Sequence record: SRR22947725_7213
DNA length: 35,538 nt
Direction: 5' to 3' (one strand)
A program made the translations under genes and the position numbers. The notes under the pieces were generated by a model that was not told the DNA's origin, did no database searches, and worked only from the letters and a program-made list of their open reading frames with translations. Positions within the stretch are counted from its first letter, which is position 1; each line of letters begins with the position of its first letter. This document shows positions 26,500 to 35,538 of the stretch, piece by piece.

Positions 26500-27689
26500 T
26501 ACTTCGCGCCTTTCTTGGGTGCAGCTTTTTTGGGTTCGGCCTTTTGAGGTGCCGCTAACGCTTCGGCGGTGGGTTCGTGACGAATGACACCGTCGTGGGT
26601 CAAGCAGGCACCGGCAACAACTTCATCGTCAAAGTCGGGAGCGACTTTCTTGTCTTTGGTCATCAGAGTCAGCAAATTTGAGACATTTTTTGCAAACAGC
26701 CTCGAGGCATCGTAAGCCATGGACGAGGGAACATCCTTCATTCCCACCAGGGTTACGGTTCCCCCTGATGCGCCCACCGGGACCATGACGTCAGCACCGG
26801 GCTTGGAACCTTCGACGTTTCCACCAGTCTCCGCGGCGAGGTCAATGATGACAGAACCTGGTTTCATGTCCTTCATCATTTTCGAGGTGATCAAGCGCGG
26901 AGCAGGGCGACCAGGAATAGCTGCCGTGGTGATGATGACGTCCGCCGCGTTGACATAAGGCGTAAGCAGTTCTTGCTGACGCTGTACTCGGTCTGCTGCG
27001 AGCTCTTTGGCGTAACCGCCGGCTCCATCTGCAGAAACATCCATCTCGAGTTCGATAAAGGTTCCACCCATCGAGCGCACTTCATCGGCGGAGGCTGAGC
27101 GCACGTCGTAGGCATTGACCTTTGCACCCAGTCGCTTCGCGGTGGCAATGGCCTGCAGGCCGGCGACCCCCGCTCCGAGAATCAAGACGGTCGCGGGCGG
27201 GACAGTGCCGGCTGCCGTCATATACAAAGGGAAAAAGCGAGGCAGGCGCAGGGCGCCTTCAATCACACAGCGATAACCAGCAACGAGAGCCTGTGACGTA
27301 AGAGCGTCCATGGACTGTGCGCGGGAAATTCTAGGAACAAGTTCCAGGGCAAAGGCGGTGACTTTCTGATCACGCAGAGCTTTGACCGCGGCGGCCTCTG
27401 AAGCAGGCGAGGCAAGGCCCATCGTGACGGCACCCTTTTTCAGCTTCTTAATGGTGGCCGGTGCCAGCGGGCGAACGTGAGCGAGCACGTCGAGCTTGCC
27501 CGGGTCTACGGTGGCAGCAAGGGTTGCTCCCGCAGCTTTGTAGGCGTCATCGGGATACCCGGCGGCAACACCAGCCCCCTTCTGCACAGTCACTGAGAGG
27601 CCTTCGCCCACCAGCTGCTTAACAGATTCAGGGGTTGCGGCAACCCGGTTTTCGCCAGAAATCGGCTCTTTCAGAACTCCAACAATCAT
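26499..27689 (-). CDS. pntAA: NAD(P) transhydrogenase subunit alpha part 1 (domain I)
   Basis: ENRVAATP, PRISRAQSMDAL, GAGVAGL, GGYAK, DLAAETGGN. Confidence 0.94.
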   Translation of the reverse strand: MIVGVLKEPISGENRVAATPESVKQLVGEGLSVTVQKGAGVAAGYPDDAYKAAGATLAATVDPGKLDVLAHVRPLAPATIKKLKKGAVTMGLASPASEAAAVKALRDQKVTAFALELVPRISRAQSMDALTSQALVAGYRCVIEGALRLPRFFPLYMTAAGTVPPATVLILGAGVAGLQAIATAKRLGAKVNAYDVRSASADEVRSMGGTFIELEMDVSADGAGGYAKELAADRVQRQQELLTPYVNAADVIITTAAIPGRPAPRLITSKMMKDMKPGSVIIDLAAETGGNVEGSKPGADVMVPVGASGGTVTLVGMKDVPSSMAYDASRLFAKNVSNLLTLMTKDKKVAPDFDDEVVAGACLTHDGVIRHEPTAEALAAPQKAEPKKAAPKKGAK

Positions 27690-27792
27690 GAATTCACCCT
27701 CGAAAAGTAGATGACGTCCCTTGACCTGGCGCCAAAGGAGAGCGAGATAACCGTATCAGAACGCAGATGCTAGACCTCCGAGGAAGAGCGGT

Positions 27793-28284
27793 TCAGGACG
27801 CGTGGGTGCGCGATTTTTTTAGCGGGAAAAGGCTGCTCCAACGCGGCAGAAACCGGCCTGATGTTTTTTGATAGTCGTGGTATTCCAGATATTTTTCTCG
27901 CAGCATTGCTTCTTCAAAGTGCACTTTGGCACTCAGAACCCCCCACAAAGCTAACCAGGCAATGACGTGGGCTGGGGAACCTCCCCACGCGACCACGCCC
28001 GCTGCCGCGACCAGCACCCCGGTGTAGATGGGGTGACGGACGGTTCGATATATCCCGTCTCGAGCAAGAGTGCCGTTGTTCTTGGGAATAGGCAGGGGGG
28101 TGAGCGAAGTGCCCAGACGAAAGCTTGCGACCACTGCAGTCAGCACACCCGCCATCAACAGGGCGGCGGCCCCTGCCCCCACAATCCAATTTCGGGGCCA
28201 CCCATCACCGGCGGGAAAAACGAGGAGTGCACTGAGCACCCCAAATTGCATTCCCACTAACGCCCAGCCGACTGAGGGCTTCAT
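27793..28284 (-). CDS. Isoprenylcysteine carboxyl methyltransferase (ICMT/PEMT)-family membrane protein
   Basis: GIYRTVRHPIYTG, EE..L...Y..Y...RFLP. Start moved to ATG 28284. Confidence 0.82.
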   Translation of the reverse strand: MKPSVGWALVGMQFGVLSALLVFPAGDGWPRNWIVGAGAAALLMAGVLTAVVASFRLGTSLTPLPIPKNNGTLARDGIYRTVRHPIYTGVLVAAAGVVAWGGSPAHVIAWLALWGVLSAKVHFEEAMLREKYLEYHDYQKTSGRFLPRWSSLFPLKKSRTHAS

Positions 28285-28288
28285 TAAT

Positions 28289-30304
28289 CTATGCCTTTGA
28301 CCGATTCTCGTAGGCCCGTGCGACCTCCTGGCGCTCGTTCTCCTCTTCCAGAGCGATAGGTGCGCGCACGTTCGCATCGCTCAATCCCAGACCCGACACA
28401 AGGTCGGCGAGGTGGGGACGCAGGCGCGGAAGCAGCCTGTCGGTGATGTAGTCGGTGATGGCTTCCGCGCGGTGGACGCTAAGTCGACCGTTCATCAAAT
28501 ACCAATCGCGGTGCTTTTCAATGAGGACAAATCCATGAAGGTCGCGCAACCACCTCAGGACCTGTTTGGTCCCCGAGTCCTCCATGCCATCGATTGCGCG
28601 GGTGAAGGCCTCCCAGACCACCAATTCTGAATGTGCCCAGGCTGCGTCAGTGAGAGCACTCTGATGCTTGTTCATCAATGCCCCCGCCTCCCGTTTTTCC
28701 ATTTTTGAGGCGGGACGAAGCGCATCAGCAAGTGAGGCGACCATCGTCTCTACCCGGTCGGTAAGCAGTTGACGCTGGGAGGCCGTGTCCCGGACATACC
28801 CGATCGAACGGGCGGTGGAGCCGAAGTCAGACACATTTTGCGCCAGTCGCCGAAGCCCGGAGCGGTTGATCGCTGCTTCCCCCACGTGGTCGGCAACGTA
28901 ACTGGCCATACTTCCCAAGCCGCCCTCTTTGAACGCTTTGGCGTAGTCGCCGAGCAGTCGCTTTGCCACCAACTGCAACAAAATAGTGTTGTCGCCTTCA
29001 AAGGTGGCGTAGACATCAAGATCCGCGCGCAGACTGGCAAGCCGGTTTTCCGCCAAGAACCCCTGGCCGCCACACGCTTCCCGCCCGGCCTGCAAATTAT
29101 CCAGTGCGGACCAGGTGGCATAGGGCTTAAGTGCTGCCGCGAGTGTTTCCAAGTCCTGGCGCTCTTCTTCGGTGTCTTTGGTGCCACCAAATACGTCGTG
29201 GAAAAGCTCCAGGAGTTCATCCTGGGCGAAGCCCATGGCGTAGGTATTGGCCAGATGTGGGACCAGGCGCCGCTGATGGGTCTGGTAATCCATCAAGACC
29301 TGTTCCTCGCTCGAGCCATGAATGGGGAACTGGCGGCGGACCAACCCGTAGCGAATCGCAATCGTTGAAGCAAGCTGTGAGGCCACGACAGATGCCCCGA
29401 CCAGGGAAACCCGTCCTTGAACCAGTGTCCCGAGCATCGTGAAAAAGCGCCGCCCCCGGCTTTCGATGGGGGACGAATACACACCCTTTTCGTTGACAAT
29501 GCCGTAGCGGTCGAGCAAGTTCTCTCGTGGCACGTGGACGTTGGTGAAGTGGAGTCGGCCGTTATCGATGCCATTGAGCCCACCCTTGGGCCCATCGTCA
29601 TCCCCGCCGATTCCTGGGAGAAAACCGCTGTCGTTGCGGAGTTCGACATAGAAGGCGTGAACGCCGTGATTCTCGCCCGCCACGATGAGTTGGGCGAACA
29701 CCACTGCGGCTTTTCCATGAAGAGCGGCATTGCCGATGTAGTCCTTCCACGCCCCACGGTGTGGGGTGTGGAGAATGAAGTCACCGGATTCCTGGTCATA
29801 GGTAGCAGTGGTAGCAATGGATGCCACATCGGATCCGTGCCCGGTCTCCGTCATCGCGAAGCACCCTGGCGTCTCCAACGACATGATTCCTGGCAACCAC
29901 GCAGCGTGTTGTTTCTCGGTACCCAGATGGGTCACGGCTGCGCCAAAGAGTCCCCATTGGACGCCGGACTTAATCTGGAGCGAAGGGTCCGCAAGGACCA
30001 ATTGTTCAAAGTTTGCAATATTTCCACCGGGGTTACCCTTGCCGCCGACAGATTCCGGGAAGGACAGAAGCACGCCACCGGCGTCCACCAAAAGACTGAG
30101 TTGACCGAGCACTCGCTCCCGATGCTCTGCCATGGGTTGCCCCTCGATTTTCCAGAGCGCCGGATCTTCACACAGAGTCCTCGCGCGTGTTCGAATTTCC
30201 GCCCATCGGCCCAACACCATCGCGCCCAGTTCTGCAACATCGACGGCCAGGTCATCGCTGGCATGGTTAGGGGCACTCTTGTGTGGTTCTGTTTGGACGC
30301 TCAT
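28289..30304 (-). CDS. Acyl-CoA oxidase/dehydrogenase family protein
   Basis: FAMTETGHGSDV, GLNGIDNG, REACGGQG, TFEGDNT. Confidence 0.9.
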   Translation of the reverse strand: MSVQTEPHKSAPNHASDDLAVDVAELGAMVLGRWAEIRTRARTLCEDPALWKIEGQPMAEHRERVLGQLSLLVDAGGVLLSFPESVGGKGNPGGNIANFEQLVLADPSLQIKSGVQWGLFGAAVTHLGTEKQHAAWLPGIMSLETPGCFAMTETGHGSDVASIATTATYDQESGDFILHTPHRGAWKDYIGNAALHGKAAVVFAQLIVAGENHGVHAFYVELRNDSGFLPGIGGDDDGPKGGLNGIDNGRLHFTNVHVPRENLLDRYGIVNEKGVYSSPIESRGRRFFTMLGTLVQGRVSLVGASVVASQLASTIAIRYGLVRRQFPIHGSSEEQVLMDYQTHQRRLVPHLANTYAMGFAQDELLELFHDVFGGTKDTEEERQDLETLAAALKPYATWSALDNLQAGREACGGQGFLAENRLASLRADLDVYATFEGDNTILLQLVAKRLLGDYAKAFKEGGLGSMASYVADHVGEAAINRSGLRRLAQNVSDFGSTARSIGYVRDTASQRQLLTDRVETMVASLADALRPASKMEKREAGALMNKHQSALTDAAWAHSELVVWEAFTRAIDGMEDSGTKQVLRWLRDLHGFVLIEKHRDWYLMNGRLSVHRAEAITDYITDRLLPRLRPHLADLVSGLGLSDANVRAPIALEEENERQEVARAYENRSKA

Positions 30305-30451
30305 GGTCGGCTCTTCCTTTTCGCAGAGGTGACGTGTTCTCAGAGTAAAACAACGAAGCCACCGGCGGGGCTCAATGGTTTCCCTCCACGAAGGAACTCT
30401 CAGCGGGGTGCTTCTTTTTGTCGCCTACCTACTATGTCTGAATTCTGGGCT

Positions 30452-30498
30452 TAGCCCTCGGCGAACATCGGGGCCTCTTATACCCCATGGGGTATAGT
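30452..30498 (+). promoter_or_regulatory. Thioredoxin promoter: ClgR-like site, CsoR-type palindrome and -10 box
   Basis: TAGC-CCTCG-GCGAACA (30452-30467), perfect palindrome TATACCCCATGGGGTATA (30479-30496), TATAGT (30493-30498). Confidence 0.6.
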
Positions 30499-30522
30499 GA
30501 AAGGCGACGAAAGGACGACATT

Positions 30523-30900
30523 ATGCCCACGATTGAACTCACCCACGACGTATTTGAAACGACCATTGCCTCCGAAGGAATTACGTTCGTGGACTTCTGG
30601 GCGGAATGGTGTGGCCCCTGTAAAGCATTTGGCCCCGTCTTCGAAGATGCCAGCAACAAGCACCCGGATGTCACCTTTGGCAAAGTCGACACCGAAGCTG
30701 AGCAAGCGCTGTCTCAGGCTGCAAACATTCGATCCATCCCGACCCTGATGGCTTTTCGCGATGGGGTCCTAGTGTTTTCACAACCCGGCGCTTTGCCCGC
30801 TGCCTCCCTGGAAGAAGTCATCACCGCCGTCAAAGGACTCGACATGGAAGACGTCCGCAAACAGGTTGCTGAGGCCCAAGAGCAGGCGGACAAAGCCTAG
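30523..30900 (+). CDS. trxA: Thioredoxin
   Basis: DFWAEWCGPC, SIPTL. ATG 30523 follows an AAGGA RBS. Confidence 0.93.
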   Translation: MPTIELTHDVFETTIASEGITFVDFWAEWCGPCKAFGPVFEDASNKHPDVTFGKVDTEAEQALSQAANIRSIPTLMAFRDGVLVFSQPGALPAASLEEVITAVKGLDMEDVRKQVAEAQEQADKA

Positions 30901-31607
30901 AGGCGGTTGCGCCCAAAAACGCCTCGGCGAACTCGTTCGACAAGGTTTTTCGCCGGTGGTTCGTTATAGCCATCGGCGCGCTCCTGCCCTGACATGGCGG
31001 CAATCGCCTCCATCACTTCATCCGTGGCATGGCGCCTGGCCCTGCCAGAATCTGCTTTGCCGTGCCGGGATAGATCAAGCGGCGTGCCAAACTCGATGCT
31101 CACCTTGGCGGGGCGAATTTTATTACTGCCAATCGGCTGGACTTTGTCGGTTCCCTTCAGGGCGACCGGCACCACCGGAACACCGGCATTGAGGGCAAGC
31201 CAGGCAACACCCGTTTTGCCTCGGTATAGCTTTCCATCGCGCGACCTGGTTCCCTCCGGGTAGACGGCAAACGCTTCACCATCCTGCAGAAGCGACAGCC
31301 CGGAATCGAGCGCATCCTGGGCCGCCTGGCCGACTCCCCTCGACACTGGGATTGCGCCGATGCTGGTGAAAAAGAGACGGGAGACCGTGCCCGTGAACCC
31401 CGGCGTCGTGAAGTAGCTTTCTTTCGCTAAGAAGCTCACGCTCCGCGGGGCAAACAAGGTGATCACCACGCTGTCGATGAAGGACAAATGGTTGCTCGCC
31501 AAGATCACCGCACCCTCGCGCGGCACATTTTTGCGCCCCACGATCTTTGCCCGGAACAGACCCCGGGCGAGCGGGCTCAAAATGAGCCTGCTTGCCTGCT
31601 TCAACAT
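30897..31607 (-). CDS. plsC: 1-acyl-sn-glycerol-3-phosphate acyltransferase
   Basis: NHLSFID (HX4D), FLAK, YPEGTRS. Confidence 0.88.
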   Translation of the reverse strand: MLKQASRLILSPLARGLFRAKIVGRKNVPREGAVILASNHLSFIDSVVITLFAPRSVSFLAKESYFTTPGFTGTVSRLFFTSIGAIPVSRGVGQAAQDALDSGLSLLQDGEAFAVYPEGTRSRDGKLYRGKTGVAWLALNAGVPVVPVALKGTDKVQPIGSNKIRPAKVSIEFGTPLDLSRHGKADSGRARRHATDEVMEAIAAMSGQERADGYNEPPAKNLVERVRRGVFGRNRL

Positions 31608-31613
31608 AGTGAC

Positions 31614-32159
31614 CTACTTGGCTTTGGGGGGCTTCTTGACCTTAGCGGGAATTCCCAGAGCAAGCGCGCCCGCTGGGATATCGGTCAGCACCACCGACAG
31701 CGCTGCCACGGTCGCTCCATCACCAATCGTCACGGGGCCAAGAATCACGGCACCCGCGCCGACCAACACTCCGTTGCCCAGAGTGGGGTGGCGTTTGCCG
31801 GTTGTTTCATCCCGGCTGGCCTGAATTTTGCCTCCCAGCGTCACACCGTGATAAATAAGGCAGTCATCGCCCACCACGGCAGTTTCGCCAATCACCACAC
31901 CCATTCCGTGGTCGATGACAAGTCGGCGACCCAGTGTTGCGCCGGGGTGTATTTCAATGCCCGTGAACCAGCGAGACAGACTGGAGACAATTCGTGCAAC
32001 CAGAAACCATTCCCACCGCCACAGCCAGTTCGCGACGCGGTGCCACCCCAGTGCGCACACCCCTGGAGAGGTAAGAAAAACTTCGAGTGCTGTCCTGGCC
32101 GCCGGGTCTCTTTCCCGCACCGCCTGAATGTCTTCTTGAAGGCGCGAGGGGGAATCCAT
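31614..32159 (-). CDS. cysE: Serine O-acetyltransferase
   Basis: [31 protein letters not shown], hexapeptide repeats. Confidence 0.93.
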   Translation of the reverse strand: MDSPSRLQEDIQAVRERDPAARTALEVFLTSPGVCALGWHRVANWLWRWEWFLVARIVSSLSRWFTGIEIHPGATLGRRLVIDHGMGVVIGETAVVGDDCLIYHGVTLGGKIQASRDETTGKRHPTLGNGVLVGAGAVILGPVTIGDGATVAALSVVLTDIPAGALALGIPAKVKKPPKAK

Positions 32160-33095
32160 TTAGGTTTCTAGTCCTTCATACAAAACAGTGGAGAGATAAC
32201 GCTCTCCAAAACTGGCCAAGATGACAACAATAGTCGCCCCCGCGAATTCGGGACGGTGGGCCAATTCCAGCGCGGCGTGGGCGGTAGCCCCCGAAGAGAT
32301 TCCGCCGAGGATTCCTTCTTCCGCTCCCAACCGTCGAGCCATCGCCACGGCCTGCTCCGCCGTCACATCGATGACTTCGTCATACACGTCACGATCCAGA
32401 ATTTCGGGGATAAAGTTGGCGCCAATTCCCTGAATCTTGTGGGGCCCTGCTACGCCACCGGTCAACAAAGGTGATTCCAGCGGCTCCACCCCAACGACTT
32501 TCACCCCGGGCTTACGCTCTTTGAGTACCTGACCTGTGCCGGTGAGTGTTCCCCCCGTGCCGACTCCAGCGACAAACACGTCGACGGCACCATCAGTGTC
32601 ACGCCAAATTTCCTCAGCAGTGGTGCGACGGTGAATTTCTGGGTTTGCAGGATTGGCGAACTGCTGAGCCAATACCGCTCCGGGGACATCCGCAGCAATT
32701 TCCTCGGCCCTCGAGACCGCGCCACTCATACCTTCTGGGGCGGGGGTGAGGACCAATTGCGCACCGTAGGCGCGCAGCAACATCCGTCGCTCCATGCTCA
32801 TGCTTTCGGGCATTGTCAGAATTGCCTTGTAGCCCCTGGCGGCGGCCACCATGGCCAGGGCAATTCCGGTGTTGCCACTGGTAGCTTCAACGATCGTTCC
32901 GCCTGGCTTCAGATCTCCCGAAGCTTCCGCGGCATCGACGATGGAAATTGCCAGCCGGTCTTTGACCGATGAGGTGGGGTTATAAAACTCAAGCTTCGCC
33001 AACACCGTGGCGCCTGCTCCCTCCGTGACTCGGTTGAGCCTGACCAGAGGGGTATTTCCAAAAGCTTCGGTGATGTCTCCGTAAACCAGCGGCAC
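32160..33095 (-). CDS. cysK: Cysteine synthase A
   Basis: SVKDR (PLP lysine), TSGNTG, GVGTGGT, HKIQGIG, GERYLST. Confidence 0.96.
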   Translation of the reverse strand: MPLVYGDITEAFGNTPLVRLNRVTEGAGATVLAKLEFYNPTSSVKDRLAISIVDAAEASGDLKPGGTIVEATSGNTGIALAMVAAARGYKAILTMPESMSMERRMLLRAYGAQLVLTPAPEGMSGAVSRAEEIAADVPGAVLAQQFANPANPEIHRRTTAEEIWRDTDGAVDVFVAGVGTGGTLTGTGQVLKERKPGVKVVGVEPLESPLLTGGVAGPHKIQGIGANFIPEILDRDVYDEVIDVTAEQAVAMARRLGAEEGILGGISSGATAHAALELAHRPEFAGATIVVILASFGERYLSTVLYEGLET

Positions 33096-33201
33096 AGCCG
33101 TCCTTCTTTCACTAGCGGGAAGTGTGGGCTAAGCGTATTGCCCTTGCCTGAGGTAACACTACCTATGCGTCATACTGTTACGACTAAGAGCGAGGGTTTT
33201 T

Positions 33202-34071
33202 GTGCTGACTGTGCTTCTTGGCCTCACCGGGGCCCTCACCTACGGTGCTGCCGACTTCTTCGGTGGACTTGCCGCTCGCCGGTCCTCTACCCTCTTGACC
33301 ACTGCTGGCGTTGCGGTGGTGGGACTCATCGGCCTCCTTGCAACGTCGCTCTTTGTTCCGGCACATTCCAGCCTTGATGCGTGGCTTATTGGAGGCGCTT
33401 CCGGTCTGGCGGGAGCGTTGGGAATCGGTCTGCTCTATGGCAGTTTGGCTATCGGCCCCATGAGCATCCTGTCCCCCACCACAGCCTTCATCTCCGCCAT
33501 CGTTCCCGTCAGTATTGGACTGGGGCTCGGCGAAAGCGGTGAAGCCCTGTTCTTCGTGGCACTGGGTGTCGCCCTCGTTGCCATCATCCTCGTCGGTTTC
33601 GTGCCAGAACAAGGTGCTGTGCGACCGGGAGCCCTTGGTCTCGGGATGGCTGCGGGGTCGGGTGCTCTGATTGGGCTGACCATCGTGTTGATCGATGCTG
33701 CTCCCGATGATTCAGGTCTCATCCCTTTGCTGGCAAACCGCATTGTTTCAACATTTTCTTTGGCACTCGCCATCGTTGTCGTCATCGGTGCCCGGAGCCT
33801 CCGCGGAACCTCCCCCCGACTGCCCGGGCTCGACACAATCCCTAGCGTCTGGATCATGGTTGTGGTCGCCGGCATCCTCGATGTGATAGCCAACGTCGCT
33901 GTTCTCTATGGGCTGCGCACCGGCGCATTGACCGTGATGGCCGTTTTAGTTGCTCTCTACCCCGCGGGCACCATCGCGCTGGCGGGCCTCTGGCTCAAAG
34001 AGCGAGTGGCCGCCATCCAATGGGTCGGTTTGGCGCTGGCCGTAATAGCCAGCGCCCTGCTTGCTCTCTAA
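33202..34071 (+). CDS. EamA/DMT-family transporter
   Basis: About 10 hydrophobic segments, YGAADFFGG, GPMSILSP, LYPAGT..LA...LKER. Confidence 0.88.
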   Translation: MLTVLLGLTGALTYGAADFFGGLAARRSSTLLTTAGVAVVGLIGLLATSLFVPAHSSLDAWLIGGASGLAGALGIGLLYGSLAIGPMSILSPTTAFISAIVPVSIGLGLGESGEALFFVALGVALVAIILVGFVPEQGAVRPGALGLGMAAGSGALIGLTIVLIDAAPDDSGLIPLLANRIVSTFSLALAIVVVIGARSLRGTSPRLPGLDTIPSVWIMVVVAGILDVIANVAVLYGLRTGALTVMAVLVALYPAGTIALAGLWLKERVAAIQWVGLALAVIASALLAL

Positions 34072-35538
34072 ACGAGAGCCGGGTCAGCAACCTTTGAGGG
34101 CTTCATGTCCTCTGGCGTAGCGACGATGCCTGCCTGCTTGAGCAGGTCAACAAGGCGCCGGGTTCGAGGCTTCGTGGTCAAGGTGATGACGACACCTTCT
34201 TTGCCCGCGCGCCCGGTGCGACCGGAGCGGTGAACGTAAGACTTGAAGTCATCGGGGGCATCAACCTGAATCACTGTCTCGATGTCGTCGACGTGAATTC
34301 CGCGCGCGGCAACATCTGTCGCCACGAGAACATTCACGCGACCAGAGGTTAGCTTGTCAAGGTTTCTTTGACGCCTGGCCTGATTGAGATCACCGTGGAG
34401 GCTGACCGCAGGAATGCCATAGTCATCGAGGTGGTCAGCCAGTTCCTCAGCAAACGCACGTGTCCTGGTGAACATCAGGGTCTTGCCGCTGATGCGGGCA
34501 AGGGCCACCACCATGTCTCGCTTATCCCGTTGGTCGACCACATAAACGCGGTGATCAATGGTCGAGGTTTCCTGGTTTTCTCCCGCGACCTCAAATACGG
34601 CCGGGTTGGGCAGGAACTCCTGAACGATGGCGCTCACGCCGCGATCCAGGGTGGCCGAGAACAAGAGGCGCTGACCATCGGGGGACGTGGCAGAAAGGAT
34701 GCGTTGCAAAGGCTCGATGAACCCCAGTTCCGACATGTGGTCCGCCTCATCCACAACAGAAATGACGACCTGAGAAACGTCGAGCTTGCCCCGGGCCATC
34801 AAGTCTTCAATACGACCTGGTGTTCCAATAACAATGTCGACGCCGCGCTCGAGCGCACCGATCTGGCGACCGAGGGGGACACCGCCATAAATCTGGGTGG
34901 TGAACAGGCCAACGCTTCGAGCGATGGGCTGCACGGTGCGATCAATCTGCAGAGCAAGTTCTCTGGTCGGCGCAAGAATCAAAGCGCGAGGGGCGCGACC
35001 GATTGCTCGCTTCACTCCCTTACTGCTCAGACGCAACAAACGCTCGACGGTGGGAGCTGCGAAAGCAATCGTCTTTCCCGAACCGGTTCGGCCGCGTCCA
35101 AGGACGTGGCGACCTTCCAGGGCAACAGGAATCGTGGCTGCTTGCAAAGCAAAGGGAGTCTTTGCTCCCTGCTCAGCAATCGCATCAACAATTCGCTCTC
35201 CTAAACCAAGGTCCCCGAACTGAATGCCTTCGGCGGAGTCTGCCGTGACGGAGATCGCTTCCAATGCGTCGTGAACAACCTGCGGGCGTGCCCCACGAGG
35301 CTGTTGCGAGGGGTAATCGCCACGGGACTGGGGAGGCCTCGAACCCGCACTACGCTGAGGTCTCTGAGCGTCACGGGAATCGCGGGAGTCATAACGGTCT
35401 TTCGAACCATAAGACTGTGAACGGTCGCTGGAGCCGTGCCGTGGGGCACGGTCGGGACGAGAAGATCGCTCCCCTGAGGAATGCCTCGGTGCACGGTCAT
35501 AGCCGCCGTCACGGGATGGACGCTCCTGGCTCTGGCCG
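34068..35538 (-). CDS. DEAD-box RNA helicase (5' end lies beyond the window)
   Basis: GRTGSGKT, PTRELA, TPGR, DEAD, SAT, ARGIH, HRSGRTGR. The frame stays open upstream of the track's TTG at 35264 to the window end. Confidence 0.93.
   Translation of the reverse strand, partial: GQSQERPSRDGGYDRAPRHSSGERSSRPDRAPRHGSSDRSQSYGSKDRYDSRDSRDAQRPQRSAGSRPPQSRGDYPSQQPRGARPQVVHDALEAISVTADSAEGIQFGDLGLGERIVDAIAEQGAKTPFALQAATIPVALEGRHVLGRGRTGSGKTIAFAAPTVERLLRLSSKGVKRAIGRAPRALILAPTRELALQIDRTVQPIARSVGLFTTQIYGGVPLGRQIGALERGVDIVIGTPGRIEDLMARGKLDVSQVVISVVDEADHMSELGFIEPLQRILSATSPDGQRLLFSATLDRGVSAIVQEFLPNPAVFEVAGENQETSTIDHRVYVVDQRDKRDMVVALARISGKTLMFTRTRAFAEELADHLDDYGIPAVSLHGDLNQARRQRNLDKLTSGRVNVLVATDVAARGIHVDDIETVIQVDAPDDFKSYVHRSGRTGRAGKEGVVITLTTKPRTRRLVDLLKQAGIVATPEDMKPSKVADPALV

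Noticed and set aside
27690..27792. Rex operator or riboswitch upstream of the pnt operon
   Set aside because: No TTGTGAA-N4-TTCACAA-like palindrome or recognisable aptamer.
33096..33201. Cys-rich leader peptide or SAM riboswitch upstream of cysK
   Set aside because: No Cys-codon run or riboswitch core is visible in this short divergent intergenic region.
1..35538. CRISPR array, rRNA or intact IS element
   Set aside because: No regularly spaced repeats, rRNA-like sequence or transposase ORF seen. The window is almost fully occupied by identifiable genes.

Overview
This is mostly core chromosome from a moderately GC-rich actinobacterium. Gene content and order suggest a streamlined Microbacteriaceae member (inference). 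Left to right it carries an IclR regulator, a ~1.4 kb decayed integrative element at the 3' end of tRNA-Ser(CGA), radA, argA-like and clpC, two unannotated small membrane ORFs, the tilS-hpt-ftsH-folE/P/B/K-(PH-domain)-panC-lysS cluster, ppa, an M23 peptidase, tRNA-Glu/Asp/Phe, a lycopene-elongase-like prenyltransferase plus a CrtI/CrtD-type desaturase, SDR, YciI, a three-gene transhydrogenase, an acyl-CoA oxidase, thioredoxin, plsC, cysE-cysK, an EamA transporter and a DEAD-box helicase cut by the window edge. The element has a 23-bp att duplication, a frameshifted tyrosine-integrase remnant and one intact 3-TM cargo gene. The most interesting signals are: (1) a shared ClgR-like motif (GC-N5-GCGAACA) 25-26 bp upstream of a TANNNT -10 box in front of clpC, ftsH and the thioredoxin; (2) the mini-island, whose att copy encodes the last codons and stop of the IclR gene; (3) a perfect CsoR-type palindrome over the thioredoxin -10 box; and (4) an orphan carotenoid-modifying gene pair. 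I found no CRISPR array, rRNA or intact mobile element, and I cannot show a wholly new multi-gene system from sequence alone.
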